In this document: positions 27,767 to 38,371 of the stretch, in pieces
How the letters are laid out: every line of letters starts with the position of its first letter
How positions within the stretch are numbered: position 1 is the first letter of the stretch
Source of the DNA: a virus
DNA length: 64,000 nucleotides
Reading direction: 5' to 3' (one strand)
IMG/VR virus record: IMGVR_UViG_3300009285_002455
Notes under the pieces: model-generated
Databases searched by the model: none
What the model saw: the letters and a program-made list of their open reading frames with translations, nothing else
Told to the model about the DNA's origin: nothing
Program-made: the position numbers and the translations under genes

Positions 27767-30373
27767 ATGGCTTATGAAAATATATATTTTAAGTATGGTA
27801 ACTTTTGTATAGCACCCATCATTAATACTTTTGGCAGTATTGATACCACTAATGCTGCGGCCGTTCTGCAAATACGTAATTCATCCGGCGCTGTACAAGG
27901 AAACTATACTTTAAATCCTACCATACCACAAAATTCCACTGTTGATTCTCTTATTTATACAGGGCCTATAAATACTTCAATATTAGCAGATGGTATGCCT
28001 TTTTTTACATTACAGCATACTGATGTCTCTAATTGTGTTATAAAGCGATGGGAATTAAATAATACCTCTAATAGATTAGATTTAGTGCAAACATTAAATA
28101 TAACAGATAGCGGCTCTGACAATTTTGATTGTTACACAGCGTCTTTGGAACATTATACTACTACGTTTTCTGCCGCCACCGCTTCTGGAACTGGATATAT
28201 AAATGTATCAAGTACTGCACGTATGGTTGCTGGTGATATACTTTATTTAGGTCCAAGTAGCCATGCTAATAATATAAACGCTTTTGAACTGGCCTTGGTA
28301 ACTGCTGTATCAGGTACAAGGGTTGATATAGTACCCACTATATCTGGTGCGCCGACACCTCCCAATAATTATTACAATTCTTCTGATGCTGTAACGTACT
28401 ATAAAGATATATTACTTTTTAGTAATTTAGGAGAATCAGGGGATGTAACCAAAGGCACACTATTTAGATTGGACTCAATTTCAGGAAGTATAATAGATAG
28501 ACATAGGAGTGGTTTATACAAAGATATTATAGCATCTAGGTATGGTGTGCCTTATACTAATACAGTAGCATTTATTAAAGGTAATAACATACTATATGTA
28601 GATATAGATGACTTTGAGGTTAAAAAATCACAATCTATATTAAATGTTAAAGCGGATGGTATGACATCAATAACCACATATGATATAGAGTTTACAAACA
28701 CTGTTATATATAGACTACAAAAAGAGACTACTTTAAGAAATGACGATGGTACACAATCTGACTACACATGGGCAAACTATAATTATCAACAAGACAGTGT
28801 GATACCATATGTGGATTCATTAGCTATGTGGGCGGCACCATCAAGCACGCTACACAACCAAGAACAGACAACTATGTATGCATTAGTTAGAGACCAGTAT
28901 GGCAACGCTTTATCTGGAATAGTGGTGTATTTTGATAAAGTCTCTGGTGATTCGAATGGTAACTACGACGATATAAACAAACAAGATACCACGGATAGTA
29001 ATGGTTTAGCCTCGTTGACCTATACTAGTGGTTGGTATGATCCTAATATTGCAGATTCTTGTTGTGATATAATAAGTCTAACCACAAAAGTTTCGGGAGC
29101 AAGCACTTATACAGGCAGTCAATATGTTTGGGGCATTATGTCCTTGGACTTATTAAAAAAATATATTCATATGACTTACCCTGGTATAATAACACAGAAG
29201 CTTGATACCATTGAAAATAATACCATTTTAAAACAATTAGTAGATCTTTATATAACTTATGTTTTAAAGTCTTTGAGCAAATTTTGGTTTCCTGGTGGAG
29301 ATGGTGATCAGCCATCGCCGCCTGGTAATGCTCCGCTTATAAAACAAATTTTGGATTTTACAAGCAAAGCTGACTTTGTGCAAGCGGCTAATTTTGAAAG
29401 TGATCTATTGTTAGATCAATTATCTCCTAAAACAGATACATTGCAGCTTAGTCAAACTTACATAAGTAGGCACATGTCTTCTGGGCATAAAGATGATGTA
29501 ACAATAAATCAATTTAGATTTTTAATAGACGCCGTGCCTAAATTCTGGTCAGAGAAAAATAGTGTTGATACTACAATATGGCTTAGACTGGCACCGTTTG
29601 GTTATGATCTTGATGCGGCCACGCTATCTTTTAAAGTCAGAGAAGTATCTTACGCAGGTGACACAGGACTGGTAGAGTACGCCAACACCGCTAATATAGT
29701 AGTAAATACTTACGACGCCGGTAGTGGGCTGCTTGGACTGGATATAACAGTCACACCAATAAATTTTTTCCACTCGAACGCAGTTGTTTATGTATTCGTT
29801 GTTGTATATGATAAAGCACCAATACCAAATAAGATAATGTTGGATTATTGGTTTAAAACAATTGCTGACTACAAAGCACCTTTTATCATTAATGAGTACC
29901 CCGCCAGAGAAGCGCTAGATGTACCTGTGGATACAGAGATAGAATTTGATTTACTTGATATTAATGTAGGAGTAGATATAAACAGTTTAGAGTTCTATGT
30001 TAATAATAGAAAAAAGCTTCCAATAATAAATACCATCACTCAGGGTTATCATATTAAGTATATACCAGAGGTAGATTTTCACTTCGGCCAAACAGTAGAA
30101 ATAACTGTACGTGTTAAAGACGCATCAGACCAAGCTAATTACTTATTTGATACTTATCGTTTTTACTGTATAGCTAGTAGCGGTCCTTGGTTTGATTTGG
30201 AATCACTCTCTCCCTCCGAGTGTAAATCAGGTGTATTTAGAAAATTAGGTGAGGTGTCACTTAATGTATATGCAATAGATGACGCTGGAATAGATAGACA
30301 AAGTATTACCTTAGATGTAGATAGGCATCGTGTTACTATAACCACCAAGCCTATATTACTACGAATAATGTAA
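27767..30373 (+). CDS. putative tail fibre/baseplate protein, paralog 3 (no lectin insert; Big_1-like plus further Ig-like domains)
   Basis: MAYENI start and scaffold shared with 24690. YALVRDQYGNALSGIVVYF (Big_1-like). C-terminal Ig-like domains, the last truncated. Confidence 0.6.
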   Translation: MAYENIYFKYGNFCIAPIINTFGSIDTTNAAAVLQIRNSSGAVQGNYTLNPTIPQNSTVDSLIYTGPINTSILADGMPFFTLQHTDVSNCVIKRWELNNTSNRLDLVQTLNITDSGSDNFDCYTASLEHYTTTFSAATASGTGYINVSSTARMVAGDILYLGPSSHANNINAFELALVTAVSGTRVDIVPTISGAPTPPNNYYNSSDAVTYYKDILLFSNLGESGDVTKGTLFRLDSISGSIIDRHRSGLYKDIIASRYGVPYTNTVAFIKGNNILYVDIDDFEVKKSQSILNVKADGMTSITTYDIEFTNTVIYRLQKETTLRNDDGTQSDYTWANYNYQQDSVIPYVDSLAMWAAPSSTLHNQEQTTMYALVRDQYGNALSGIVVYFDKVSGDSNGNYDDINKQDTTDSNGLASLTYTSGWYDPNIADSCCDIISLTTKVSGASTYTGSQYVWGIMSLDLLKKYIHMTYPGIITQKLDTIENNTILKQLVDLYITYVLKSLSKFWFPGGDGDQPSPPGNAPLIKQILDFTSKADFVQAANFESDLLLDQLSPKTDTLQLSQTYISRHMSSGHKDDVTINQFRFLIDAVPKFWSEKNSVDTTIWLRLAPFGYDLDAATLSFKVREVSYAGDTGLVEYANTANIVVNTYDAGSGLLGLDITVTPINFFHSNAVVYVFVVVYDKAPIPNKIMLDYWFKTIADYKAPFIINEYPAREALDVPVDTEIEFDLLDINVGVDINSLEFYVNNRKKLPIINTITQGYHIKYIPEVDFHFGQTVEITVRVKDASDQANYLFDTYRFYCIASSGPWFDLESLSPSECKSGVFRKLGEVSLNVYAIDDAGIDRQSITLDVDRHRVTITTKPILLRIM

Positions 30374-30397
30374 CTATCTAAATAATAGAGGGATTAG

Positions 30398-31012
30398 ATG
30401 GCTATAACAATAATGGATTTTGCAATAAGTCTTAATGATTGGGTATATATAGAAGACCCCATAGCATTTTCGTCTACTGTTTACGATACTACAACATCAG
30501 GCATAAACCCATTAAATACTTATTATATATTTAATGATGTTATTTTGCCTACTAGTGTATCAGGTCTGGGTGCTGGTTACTATATAATAGAAACATTCCC
30601 TCTAAGTGTAAGTGGTGCCGTAGATTTAACATTACATATATCAAACTATGACGCTGAAGCTTTGGAGGAGAATTATTCCTTTTTGTTTGGGTATCATATT
30701 TTATATAAAGATCCTAATAAAGATTGGGGCGCAGACAAGGAGATATTAATATCGGCAGCAGCAACAAACACCGCTATATGTCCAAATTCAGAAAGAGTCA
30801 CAACTTACTTTACAACAAAAGAATACGACCACTACGACTTGGCTTCCAGTATAGTTCCGACAGGCTGGGCAAATCTTGGTGCTGAGATAAAACCGCAAAC
30901 AATGCAATACTTTTATGGGCATACATATACCGTAACAGTTAGTGGTATAAAGGATTATAACGGCAATCAATTGCCTGCATTTAGTTGGTATTTTACGATA
31001 ATCAGTAATTAA
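30398..31012 (+). CDS. Ig-like structural protein
   Basis: 204 aa. Ends YGHTYTVTVSGIKDYNGNQLPAFSWYFTI, typical of the last strands of SbsA/Big_5-like Ig domains. Confidence 0.55.
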   Translation: MAITIMDFAISLNDWVYIEDPIAFSSTVYDTTTSGINPLNTYYIFNDVILPTSVSGLGAGYYIIETFPLSVSGAVDLTLHISNYDAEALEENYSFLFGYHILYKDPNKDWGADKEILISAAATNTAICPNSERVTTYFTTKEYDHYDLASSIVPTGWANLGAEIKPQTMQYFYGHTYTVTVSGIKDYNGNQLPAFSWYFTIISN

Positions 31013-31039
31013 TATGTTAATATTTAAGGAGGAATTAAT

Positions 31040-32593
31040 ATGTGTGCTGCAATAACTAGATGGGTAGAACTAGATCCGTCCACAGCAGGAGATTATGGTG
31101 ACGGTAGAGGAGCCGGCTGTAAAGGCACCCGTGCCTCATCTACTGCTACAGCTGCTGTAGGAGACACATTTACCATAGGGCCCGCTAATAATAGGCTTTA
31201 CTTATCTATGGATGGTGACCCTGCACCATACATAACCCTTTATTCTGGAACAAGCCTTGACCCTAGATTTGTGGCCAGGGATATTACAGAGAAAATGCAT
31301 GATCTAGGTAAAAGTGACGAACGTTGGGACAAAGCTGTCTGTGAATGGACTAATACAGCTGGACAAGGTAATTGTTTTCAAATTTACTCTGGTACTATGG
31401 GAGTAGCATCAACTGTCGCTGTTATAAGTGGTACAAACACAGTGCATGCCACATTAGGGTTTAGTACTAGAAGTGAAGTGGGTGGTTTAGCCACAACCAA
31501 CAACTTCGCTGGAACAGTAACAATCTCCGGAACGTATAAAGGTTTCTTTGATGAAACGTACAAAGTAGTCATAACTAATGATAATGATGCTGCAAGAGGA
31601 ATAGGTACAGCCTCAAAAGTTATTACCTACGGGGGTATTATGACTACCGGTGGTGTGTATAATTATAGTGCCGATACAACATACACTATAACAATAGACA
31701 TAACTAATGGCACAACTATGGGTGGTGGGACGGGTAATGTACCTATGATGACTTGGTCAGCATCTCCTTCCGCAGACAATTCCACCGTAGCCACAGAGCT
31801 TTTATATGCAAATCATTGGTATAAGATAGGCACCCGTGGGCTTATGATTAAGTTTACAGATGCTGTTTTCTCAGCAGGCTATTGGACAGTACCTTGCTAT
31901 AAACCTGACTATACTAGTGGCACTAATGTTACAGACCCAGCAGGTTCTGCTATGTTTGCTTACTCATCCACAAGAGGGGACATGGGGGCAGCCGCCCCGA
32001 CCCCAGCAGAGGGTAATTGGGCACGATTAGGTACAAGAGGCTTATATATTAAATTTGAGCCCACAGGGCCTACTGATTACCTAGGAATACGCGATGAGTT
32101 CACTATTTTATGTTCAGGTCCTAAACCAAAGTCCTATGATATAACCAGTCTTAATTATGGAAATGTCACTGTGTCTACCGAGAGTCCAGTCAAATGTGTC
32201 ATGTTTGAAATTGTTTCCGGCGCCGTGCAGTCAAGCTCTATAAAATTTGGGTTACAGAGCCACGGTAGTTTTTCTCACCATGAAGCGGGTAACAATGATA
32301 CCTATTTTAGATTTGGCACCGTAGGCCCAGGCAGTAACGCCGGTATAGCCCCAGAAAATGGTATAGAATGGTATCCAGGTATAACCGCCGCTGATATAGA
32401 CAGCAACACGCCTCCTGCGTACTTATATCACACTGTAGCTAATATGTTGGTTGTAGCCACAGCAGATGATAGTGAGAGTGTAGGAAATATTGGCTTGACA
32501 AGCGACCCAATATTTGTTAACATACGTTTAGGCGCAAGTGAGACAGGGGCGAATTCTACTATTAATCAAAGAACTTTTTTTGATTTTAGTTAA
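31040..32593 (+). CDS. putative tail/baseplate structural protein
   Basis: AAGGAGG RBS, 517 aa, Gly/Thr-rich. Shares a domain with 21316 and 38769. Confidence 0.55.
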   Translation: MCAAITRWVELDPSTAGDYGDGRGAGCKGTRASSTATAAVGDTFTIGPANNRLYLSMDGDPAPYITLYSGTSLDPRFVARDITEKMHDLGKSDERWDKAVCEWTNTAGQGNCFQIYSGTMGVASTVAVISGTNTVHATLGFSTRSEVGGLATTNNFAGTVTISGTYKGFFDETYKVVITNDNDAARGIGTASKVITYGGIMTTGGVYNYSADTTYTITIDITNGTTMGGGTGNVPMMTWSASPSADNSTVATELLYANHWYKIGTRGLMIKFTDAVFSAGYWTVPCYKPDYTSGTNVTDPAGSAMFAYSSTRGDMGAAAPTPAEGNWARLGTRGLYIKFEPTGPTDYLGIRDEFTILCSGPKPKSYDITSLNYGNVTVSTESPVKCVMFEIVSGAVQSSSIKFGLQSHGSFSHHEAGNNDTYFRFGTVGPGSNAGIAPENGIEWYPGITAADIDSNTPPAYLYHTVANMLVVATADDSESVGNIGLTSDPIFVNIRLGASETGANSTINQRTFFDFS

Positions 32594-32612
32594 ATAAGGC
32601 TTGAAGGTTAAT

Positions 32613-32645
32613 GGTAAGATACTAACGTATCTTACCTTGTTTTAT
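32613..32645 (+). terminator. probable Rho-independent terminator
   Basis: Perfect 10-bp stem GGTAAGATAC-TAAC-GTATCTTACC followed by TTGTTTTATT, 20 bp after the stop of ORF 31040. Confidence 0.7.
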
Positions 32646-32669
32646 TATTAAAAGGAAAAGGAACCAATC

Positions 32670-32978
32670 ATGTCAATTAGAAGAGGTTGGGAAGTAGAAC
32701 TACAAGATGGTACTACTATAAATGAAAAGCAATCTTCTTGGGCTTCTATACCAAAAACACAGATAAAATGTCTATCCTTACATTATGATGGAAGAAGTTG
32801 GCACTTAGAAAATAAAGAAGCCTACTTTATCAATACTCGTGCGTCTATGGTACCTGGTAATCAAGCCTCTTTTCAAGTGGAGCAGCGTACAATAGGTTTT
32901 TATGAGGGCGCTACAAAAGTACATTATACTATTGATGAGTTTACTGGTAAATTTAATGTAAAGGTCGTAAATGGCTAA
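32670..32978 (+). CDS. hypothetical protein
   Basis: AAAGGA RBS, 102 aa, overlaps the start of the next gene. Confidence 0.6.
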   Translation: MSIRRGWEVELQDGTTINEKQSSWASIPKTQIKCLSLHYDGRSWHLENKEAYFINTRASMVPGNQASFQVEQRTIGFYEGATKVHYTIDEFTGKFNVKVVNG

Positions 32979-35900
32979 AAATCCATGCCAATATTGGTCA
33001 ACTATTGAACCCGCTATATGTGCACATTGGGATAATAGCAAAACCATATGTTTATACAAAGCTACGAATGATCAAGGGACTCTTGTAAGAGCCACCATGG
33101 CTCCTTATTGTAATCTTCTTGGCACCGCGGATTATATTTGTAAACAATATGAGCCTGGTGAAGCATCATCAGCCAGATGTGTCTTACCTGATCCTTCGAG
33201 ACATGTCACTAACAAAGTTACATGCGAAAAATGGGTGCATACTGTAGCTAGCGGTTCTGGTATAGCAGATATAGACAAACCAGTCTATTTGTACGATTCT
33301 GAGCTAAATCCAATAACAATATCTGGCGTTAGCGGTTATTGGTCATTTAAAGCAATCAATGAATATAATGATGGGCAATGTGATGGTTACGGGACAGCCA
33401 CAACCTGTTCTGGTTACGCCCCATTTATTATGGCCTTCGGTAAACTTAAACCAAAAGAATTTGGTTCTGAGGACACTACTCCATATGCCTTAGAAGGATG
33501 TTATACCAAACAGCAGTTAGGTTACAGAATACCGTTGCCTTATTTAGTGTTTAATGTTAGAGCAAAACTAAGTAAGTGTTATTGGTGGGCAGCAGCTTCA
33601 GAGAATTTTTCTATTAATACCGTAAACGGGGAAGCCAATGAAATAACTACGTATTGCACTTGTTCAGACGATAACGTAAAAGAGTTTTGGGAATACAAAT
33701 ACGATGATTCCTATGGCTACATTGCTCCATGTAATGGTGCTAAACCAGAGTGTCCTCATTATACAGGAGTTTGTTGGAGGTACTGTATTGATGATAAAAT
33801 GGGTGAAGGGGATAAAGTATTAGCAGAGCAATTATTAGAGCTTAGATACTATATAAGAAGAGAACGTTGGGCAGACTTAGTAGTAACCACCAATTCCTTA
33901 GGTGCTACTATTAAACAACCTATATACTATCTATCTTTTGATAATCCAGACTTATATGCTTGGTTGGGCACATACACATTATTTATTAATCCAAAAGTAT
34001 ACTCTACCTCAGCCTTAATTCATGCTGCTAGGAATTATTTTAGTCATTTTGATTACTTTGATGTGTCTTATGATAGTACTACATTAACTGATGGAATACC
34101 TACTGAAACACAAGAAACAAGTTTTCCTACTTTAATAAAAGAAATCAAAGAGCCCAATCTTAGACCTATAATAAGAAATGTTTTTGATCAAGTTACAGAA
34201 ACAATATCAGAGGGGGACGAAGACACCTCACCCATAGTAAATAAGCATAATGTATTCGAGGTAGGAGATCTTAACCATGAGTATTTGATTATTTGGGGCG
34301 ACTCCTTTTCGTATAATGCAGATATCTATGCTATAAATTTAAGTGATCCGGATATAAATAAACGATTACCGTCAACAGTAAAGGTAGGATTGCTTGAATA
34401 TGTCAGTAGTTACGCTATCTCTAAGGCTAAAAGTGCTGACTCATATGATGCTTGGAAAAAGCAACTAAATCTAATTGTTGATAATCTTATTACATTTATG
34501 CCAGACAGCATTGCCGGTAATGAATTACCAAAAAATGAAAACTCTTTTTATATTAGAACGAAAACTTTTTTTGGTGATAATAAAATACTGGTAATGGTAA
34601 AAACAGAAGATTCTTGGGAATTTGATACAGTAGACTTTAAAAAAGAATACTGTGGTGGCATTATAGCTCAAACAGCCTTTTACATAGAAGGTGACGGTGG
34701 TACTGTTGCTAAACTACCAAACTATGAAAGCCGTTTTGCCTCCAACATTAACGACAATGGTATCATTAAATTTAAATTTCTCAGTTTAAGAAAAGATAAA
34801 GTTCATGGTGATGTGGCCTACATCTATAATGATACCAATAGTGATGATATTACAAGTTTTATACTATACAAAGTAACCGCATTTGCAGATCTAACACTGA
34901 CCGAAGAAAATATAAAGTTTTTTGGTAACAGCGGTAAAGCACTGGTGATACTGCCCGATACAGACCCCAATTTAAATTATATCCATAGCCCTTTTGAAAT
35001 AGAAGGTAAGTTAACGTTAGATGTTATAGACGTTGATGGCAAACATAAAGCTGTTTCTATGGAGATAATGGATTGGTGTAATGACGCCCTTGAAGTTAAT
35101 CAGTTTTTTATTAAGCCAAAAGAGGTCTTTGATTTTATAAGACCTTGTTCGTTTCAACTTAATATACCAAAACTATGTTATTATCAAAAGAGAAGTTTTA
35201 ATGAAACACCCGAAGGATCTTTTGAAAAAATAACAGCCGGGGCATTAACTGACCCCTTAGAATTAAATATAGCAAATATGAATGATGGTGAATCCATAGA
35301 ATATGAATTAAGTAAATTCGATGCTACCAGCATACTAATATCTGCTGCCTATAAGAGCACAGGAGGTAGGGTTAAAGGGGCAACCAGAACAAAACCAATC
35401 ATGTGGGTTAAACAACCCTATTGTCAGGATGTTGAAATTATGTATAGTTGGAAAGCTAGCTACACGACCTATACGTTACATCCAATAGGGCTGTGCTACG
35501 GTAAAAGATACTCAACAATATTAGAAACCGGTATTATGGGTGGGGTAGCACCTCCCTGCGGTGATCACGACCTTCCAACATATGCGAGAGCAAGTTTTAT
35601 GTGGTACCCTTATAGTGCTTGCGACGAAACTATGAGCTACACAGAAGTATCCAGCGCCCATATCTCTGATAGAAATATTATGGAAGTATTTACAGATGAA
35701 GAATCAAATCATGGATCACATGACATGCGCATGCTAGGGCCAGTAGAGTCTTATGGTTTTGAGGAGTCACACGCACAATTATGGAATTGTACTTGCGACT
35801 TTTTTTACTATAATGGTAAAAAAACATCAGAAAATATATTTAACGGTCAAAGTTATTATAGAGGTGGGCTTGATGATGTAGCACTCGAATTTTGTTTAAG

Positions 35901-38349
35901 AAATGGAGGCTCTCCTCCAAAATTTGGGGACGTTGTTCGTGGACAATTAAACTCTTATCGTACTATGGATTGTGTTACTTACTATGATACATCCACCGGC
36001 GCATCCGTAGGAGCAAAACGTTGGATGCCAATAGCACTACATTATACCATATCTGACATATCATTGCCTGCCGATTACTATAATATTGATTTGATAACTG
36101 ATGATTATGCGTCTCCTTTTATACATCAACTTGGTTTACTTAAAATGAGTTCAATTGATGATGTGGAGATATCAGAAACTGTCGATGATACAAACAGATT
36201 TAAATTTAGTACTATATTTAGAGCAAATGCCAGCCCTAATGCTGTATACCCAAAACCAAGGCCCCAGTTTTTTGTTACTGAAAATCTGGACCCAGTATGT
36301 TCTTGGTATACTTATTACGACTACCCTATGGATGAAACTAAATCTATTCAGTGGGTATGGCAAGAAAAATGGGCTGAGGTAGATAGATCTGAAACTTTAC
36401 GAGACGACATACTAAGCGTAGAGGACTTAAATATTAATTACTCATTGCCATATGAAAGTGGCCATGGTAGACATGTGTTTATTAATATAGAGCATCCTGA
36501 TTATATATTTGATTATAAAAAAATAGAACACCAGATAGTGTGTTCTGAGGGTAATCATTACATAACAATAGTACCATCCAAAAATAAAGATGAATCTGAT
36601 CCTGCAGACAATTATTTCCTTATACAGTTGGATAATGGTCCGCCAAGAGTGTTTGATATAGATGGTAATCTAATAGAAGACCTTCCAACAACATGGATAT
36701 TTTTTGATACAATTGAATTTGTAGGTTATGACTCAACATATATAAAAGATTCATTAGATCTATATAAAATATGTTTAGAAACCCCGTGGGTTACAACAGC
36801 AACATTATTTGATTCCACCACTTATGTATCCACAGATGAGGAGGCATTAAAAAATGCCGCGGTAGCTGATGATAGAACATATTCTCTACTTGATTCTTAT
36901 GGTGACTTTGTAGCATACTACTATAATAGGGGTTTATCTATATCGTTAATTAGTTCTATGTTTTATTATTTACCAAAATTTACACAGGCATTGGAAGCTG
37001 GTGCTTATAATTGGGCGTTTAATGCACCGTCTTTATTACCTCCCTATGACTCTGTGGAGGTGGGCGAATATTACCCCGCTCAAATAGCCCCGGACTTGTT
37101 ATATAACCCAAACATCCTTAATGCCTCAATTATAGATATTGATTTCATTCCAGCCAATAAGTCTATTTATAAAAATAGGTTTATAACAAGAATAGAGATA
37201 ACATATAAATTTGGCATAGAAGTGGCCGAAGAAGAAGAGGATCTTGATACATTTTACCATATACCTAAAATAACAGTATACAAAAGTGACGAAAGTGGTT
37301 TTATACAAATATATCAAGAAAATAGACAAATAACCACAGAGAGCTCTGATGTAGTAGGTGTAAAAACTTTATCCTATGAAATATCATATTCTATTGAGGA
37401 TATGCGTAGATTCTATAAAAATTTAAAATTAGAGTTTGATTTTAATATAACAGAAGAGGAGTTAATTTCCTCTGGTTTAGGTGATTATTATGATTTATAT
37501 AATCATAGAATTAATATAAAATCAATAACTTTATATGATACAAGTTTTATAACTGCAACAGAAGATTTTAAAACAAGTGAACGTAAATATTATGTTTCTT
37601 ATGGGGATCATGCTGATTTCCCAACGTATGGTAATAACTCCACAGGTAGTGTAGTACATCCTCCCATAGAGGAGATGTCCACTCCAATGCAAACAGACAC
37701 AGTTTTTGGTATTTTAGGTGTACCTAATAGCGAACAAGAATTTGTAACAATGCATAAAACGTCTGGTAGATTTTTAGATAAGTGTGTTGCTGATAGGACC
37801 AGAGTGCCAGGTAACAGTGTCTATGCTTTTGAAAAAGAGCAAAAAAATATATTTGATACAGCTATGCGTAAAGGTTCTGAAAGTTTTTCGGCCTCATCTA
37901 TATGTCCGCCAGGACTAAAAAGTATATTGGACGTATTAAACTTAAAATTTCCAGTATGGACTTGTAGTTTTGATAATACTTTAAATTATGAACTAACTTC
38001 CGTTTTAGCAAAAAACACGTATAGCCCTTGTGGGCATGAGTGGAATGCATTTGTAACAACGCCAAGAATAGCATATAATTGTTCTACCGGTAGTGCTTTT
38101 GGTAGAATCACTGTTCCAGATTTATTTTCATGGCAATATATAAATCCATGTACATATGAAAGTTTTGGTGGCTATGACTGGATAGAATCACAATACAACG
38201 CAGCAATAAATAGATTTGAATATGGCGCTTGGTCAGCTGTATTTAGCGCATTATCTGGCGGTATTTGGAACCCATTAGTAGTTGAATATACAGTAGGTAC
38301 AGCCTCTACCGTGGATGAGGATTCAAAAACATCTCAATATGTTCCATAA
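32971..38349 (+). CDS. very large putative virion structural protein with Cys-rich N-terminus
   Basis: 1792-aa ORF in the tail cluster, 17 Cys in the first ~275 aa, no recognised catalytic motif. Confidence 0.55.
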   Translation: MAKNPCQYWSTIEPAICAHWDNSKTICLYKATNDQGTLVRATMAPYCNLLGTADYICKQYEPGEASSARCVLPDPSRHVTNKVTCEKWVHTVASGSGIADIDKPVYLYDSELNPITISGVSGYWSFKAINEYNDGQCDGYGTATTCSGYAPFIMAFGKLKPKEFGSEDTTPYALEGCYTKQQLGYRIPLPYLVFNVRAKLSKCYWWAAASENFSINTVNGEANEITTYCTCSDDNVKEFWEYKYDDSYGYIAPCNGAKPECPHYTGVCWRYCIDDKMGEGDKVLAEQLLELRYYIRRERWADLVVTTNSLGATIKQPIYYLSFDNPDLYAWLGTYTLFINPKVYSTSALIHAARNYFSHFDYFDVSYDSTTLTDGIPTETQETSFPTLIKEIKEPNLRPIIRNVFDQVTETISEGDEDTSPIVNKHNVFEVGDLNHEYLIIWGDSFSYNADIYAINLSDPDINKRLPSTVKVGLLEYVSSYAISKAKSADSYDAWKKQLNLIVDNLITFMPDSIAGNELPKNENSFYIRTKTFFGDNKILVMVKTEDSWEFDTVDFKKEYCGGIIAQTAFYIEGDGGTVAKLPNYESRFASNINDNGIIKFKFLSLRKDKVHGDVAYIYNDTNSDDITSFILYKVTAFADLTLTEENIKFFGNSGKALVILPDTDPNLNYIHSPFEIEGKLTLDVIDVDGKHKAVSMEIMDWCNDALEVNQFFIKPKEVFDFIRPCSFQLNIPKLCYYQKRSFNETPEGSFEKITAGALTDPLELNIANMNDGESIEYELSKFDATSILISAAYKSTGGRVKGATRTKPIMWVKQPYCQDVEIMYSWKASYTTYTLHPIGLCYGKRYSTILETGIMGGVAPPCGDHDLPTYARASFMWYPYSACDETMSYTEVSSAHISDRNIMEVFTDEESNHGSHDMRMLGPVESYGFEESHAQLWNCTCDFFYYNGKKTSENIFNGQSYYRGGLDDVALEFCLRNGGSPPKFGDVVRGQLNSYRTMDCVTYYDTSTGASVGAKRWMPIALHYTISDISLPADYYNIDLITDDYASPFIHQLGLLKMSSIDDVEISETVDDTNRFKFSTIFRANASPNAVYPKPRPQFFVTENLDPVCSWYTYYDYPMDETKSIQWVWQEKWAEVDRSETLRDDILSVEDLNINYSLPYESGHGRHVFINIEHPDYIFDYKKIEHQIVCSEGNHYITIVPSKNKDESDPADNYFLIQLDNGPPRVFDIDGNLIEDLPTTWIFFDTIEFVGYDSTYIKDSLDLYKICLETPWVTTATLFDSTTYVSTDEEALKNAAVADDRTYSLLDSYGDFVAYYYNRGLSISLISSMFYYLPKFTQALEAGAYNWAFNAPSLLPPYDSVEVGEYYPAQIAPDLLYNPNILNASIIDIDFIPANKSIYKNRFITRIEITYKFGIEVAEEEEDLDTFYHIPKITVYKSDESGFIQIYQENRQITTESSDVVGVKTLSYEISYSIEDMRRFYKNLKLEFDFNITEEELISSGLGDYYDLYNHRINIKSITLYDTSFITATEDFKTSERKYYVSYGDHADFPTYGNNSTGSVVHPPIEEMSTPMQTDTVFGILGVPNSEQEFVTMHKTSGRFLDKCVADRTRVPGNSVYAFEKEQKNIFDTAMRKGSESFSASSICPPGLKSILDVLNLKFPVWTCSFDNTLNYELTSVLAKNTYSPCGHEWNAFVTTPRIAYNCSTGSAFGRITVPDLFSWQYINPCTYESFGGYDWIESQYNAAINRFEYGAWSAVFSALSGGIWNPLVVEYTVGTASTVDEDSKTSQYVP

Positions 38350-38371
38350 TTAAAATAAAGGTGGTTTATTT

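Noticed and set aside
21290-32669. late-promoter motif TATTAT(T)AAAAGG upstream of ORFs 21316 and 32670
   Set aside because: Only two loose copies, both adjacent to Shine-Dalgarno sequences. They cannot be distinguished from AT-rich translational leaders.
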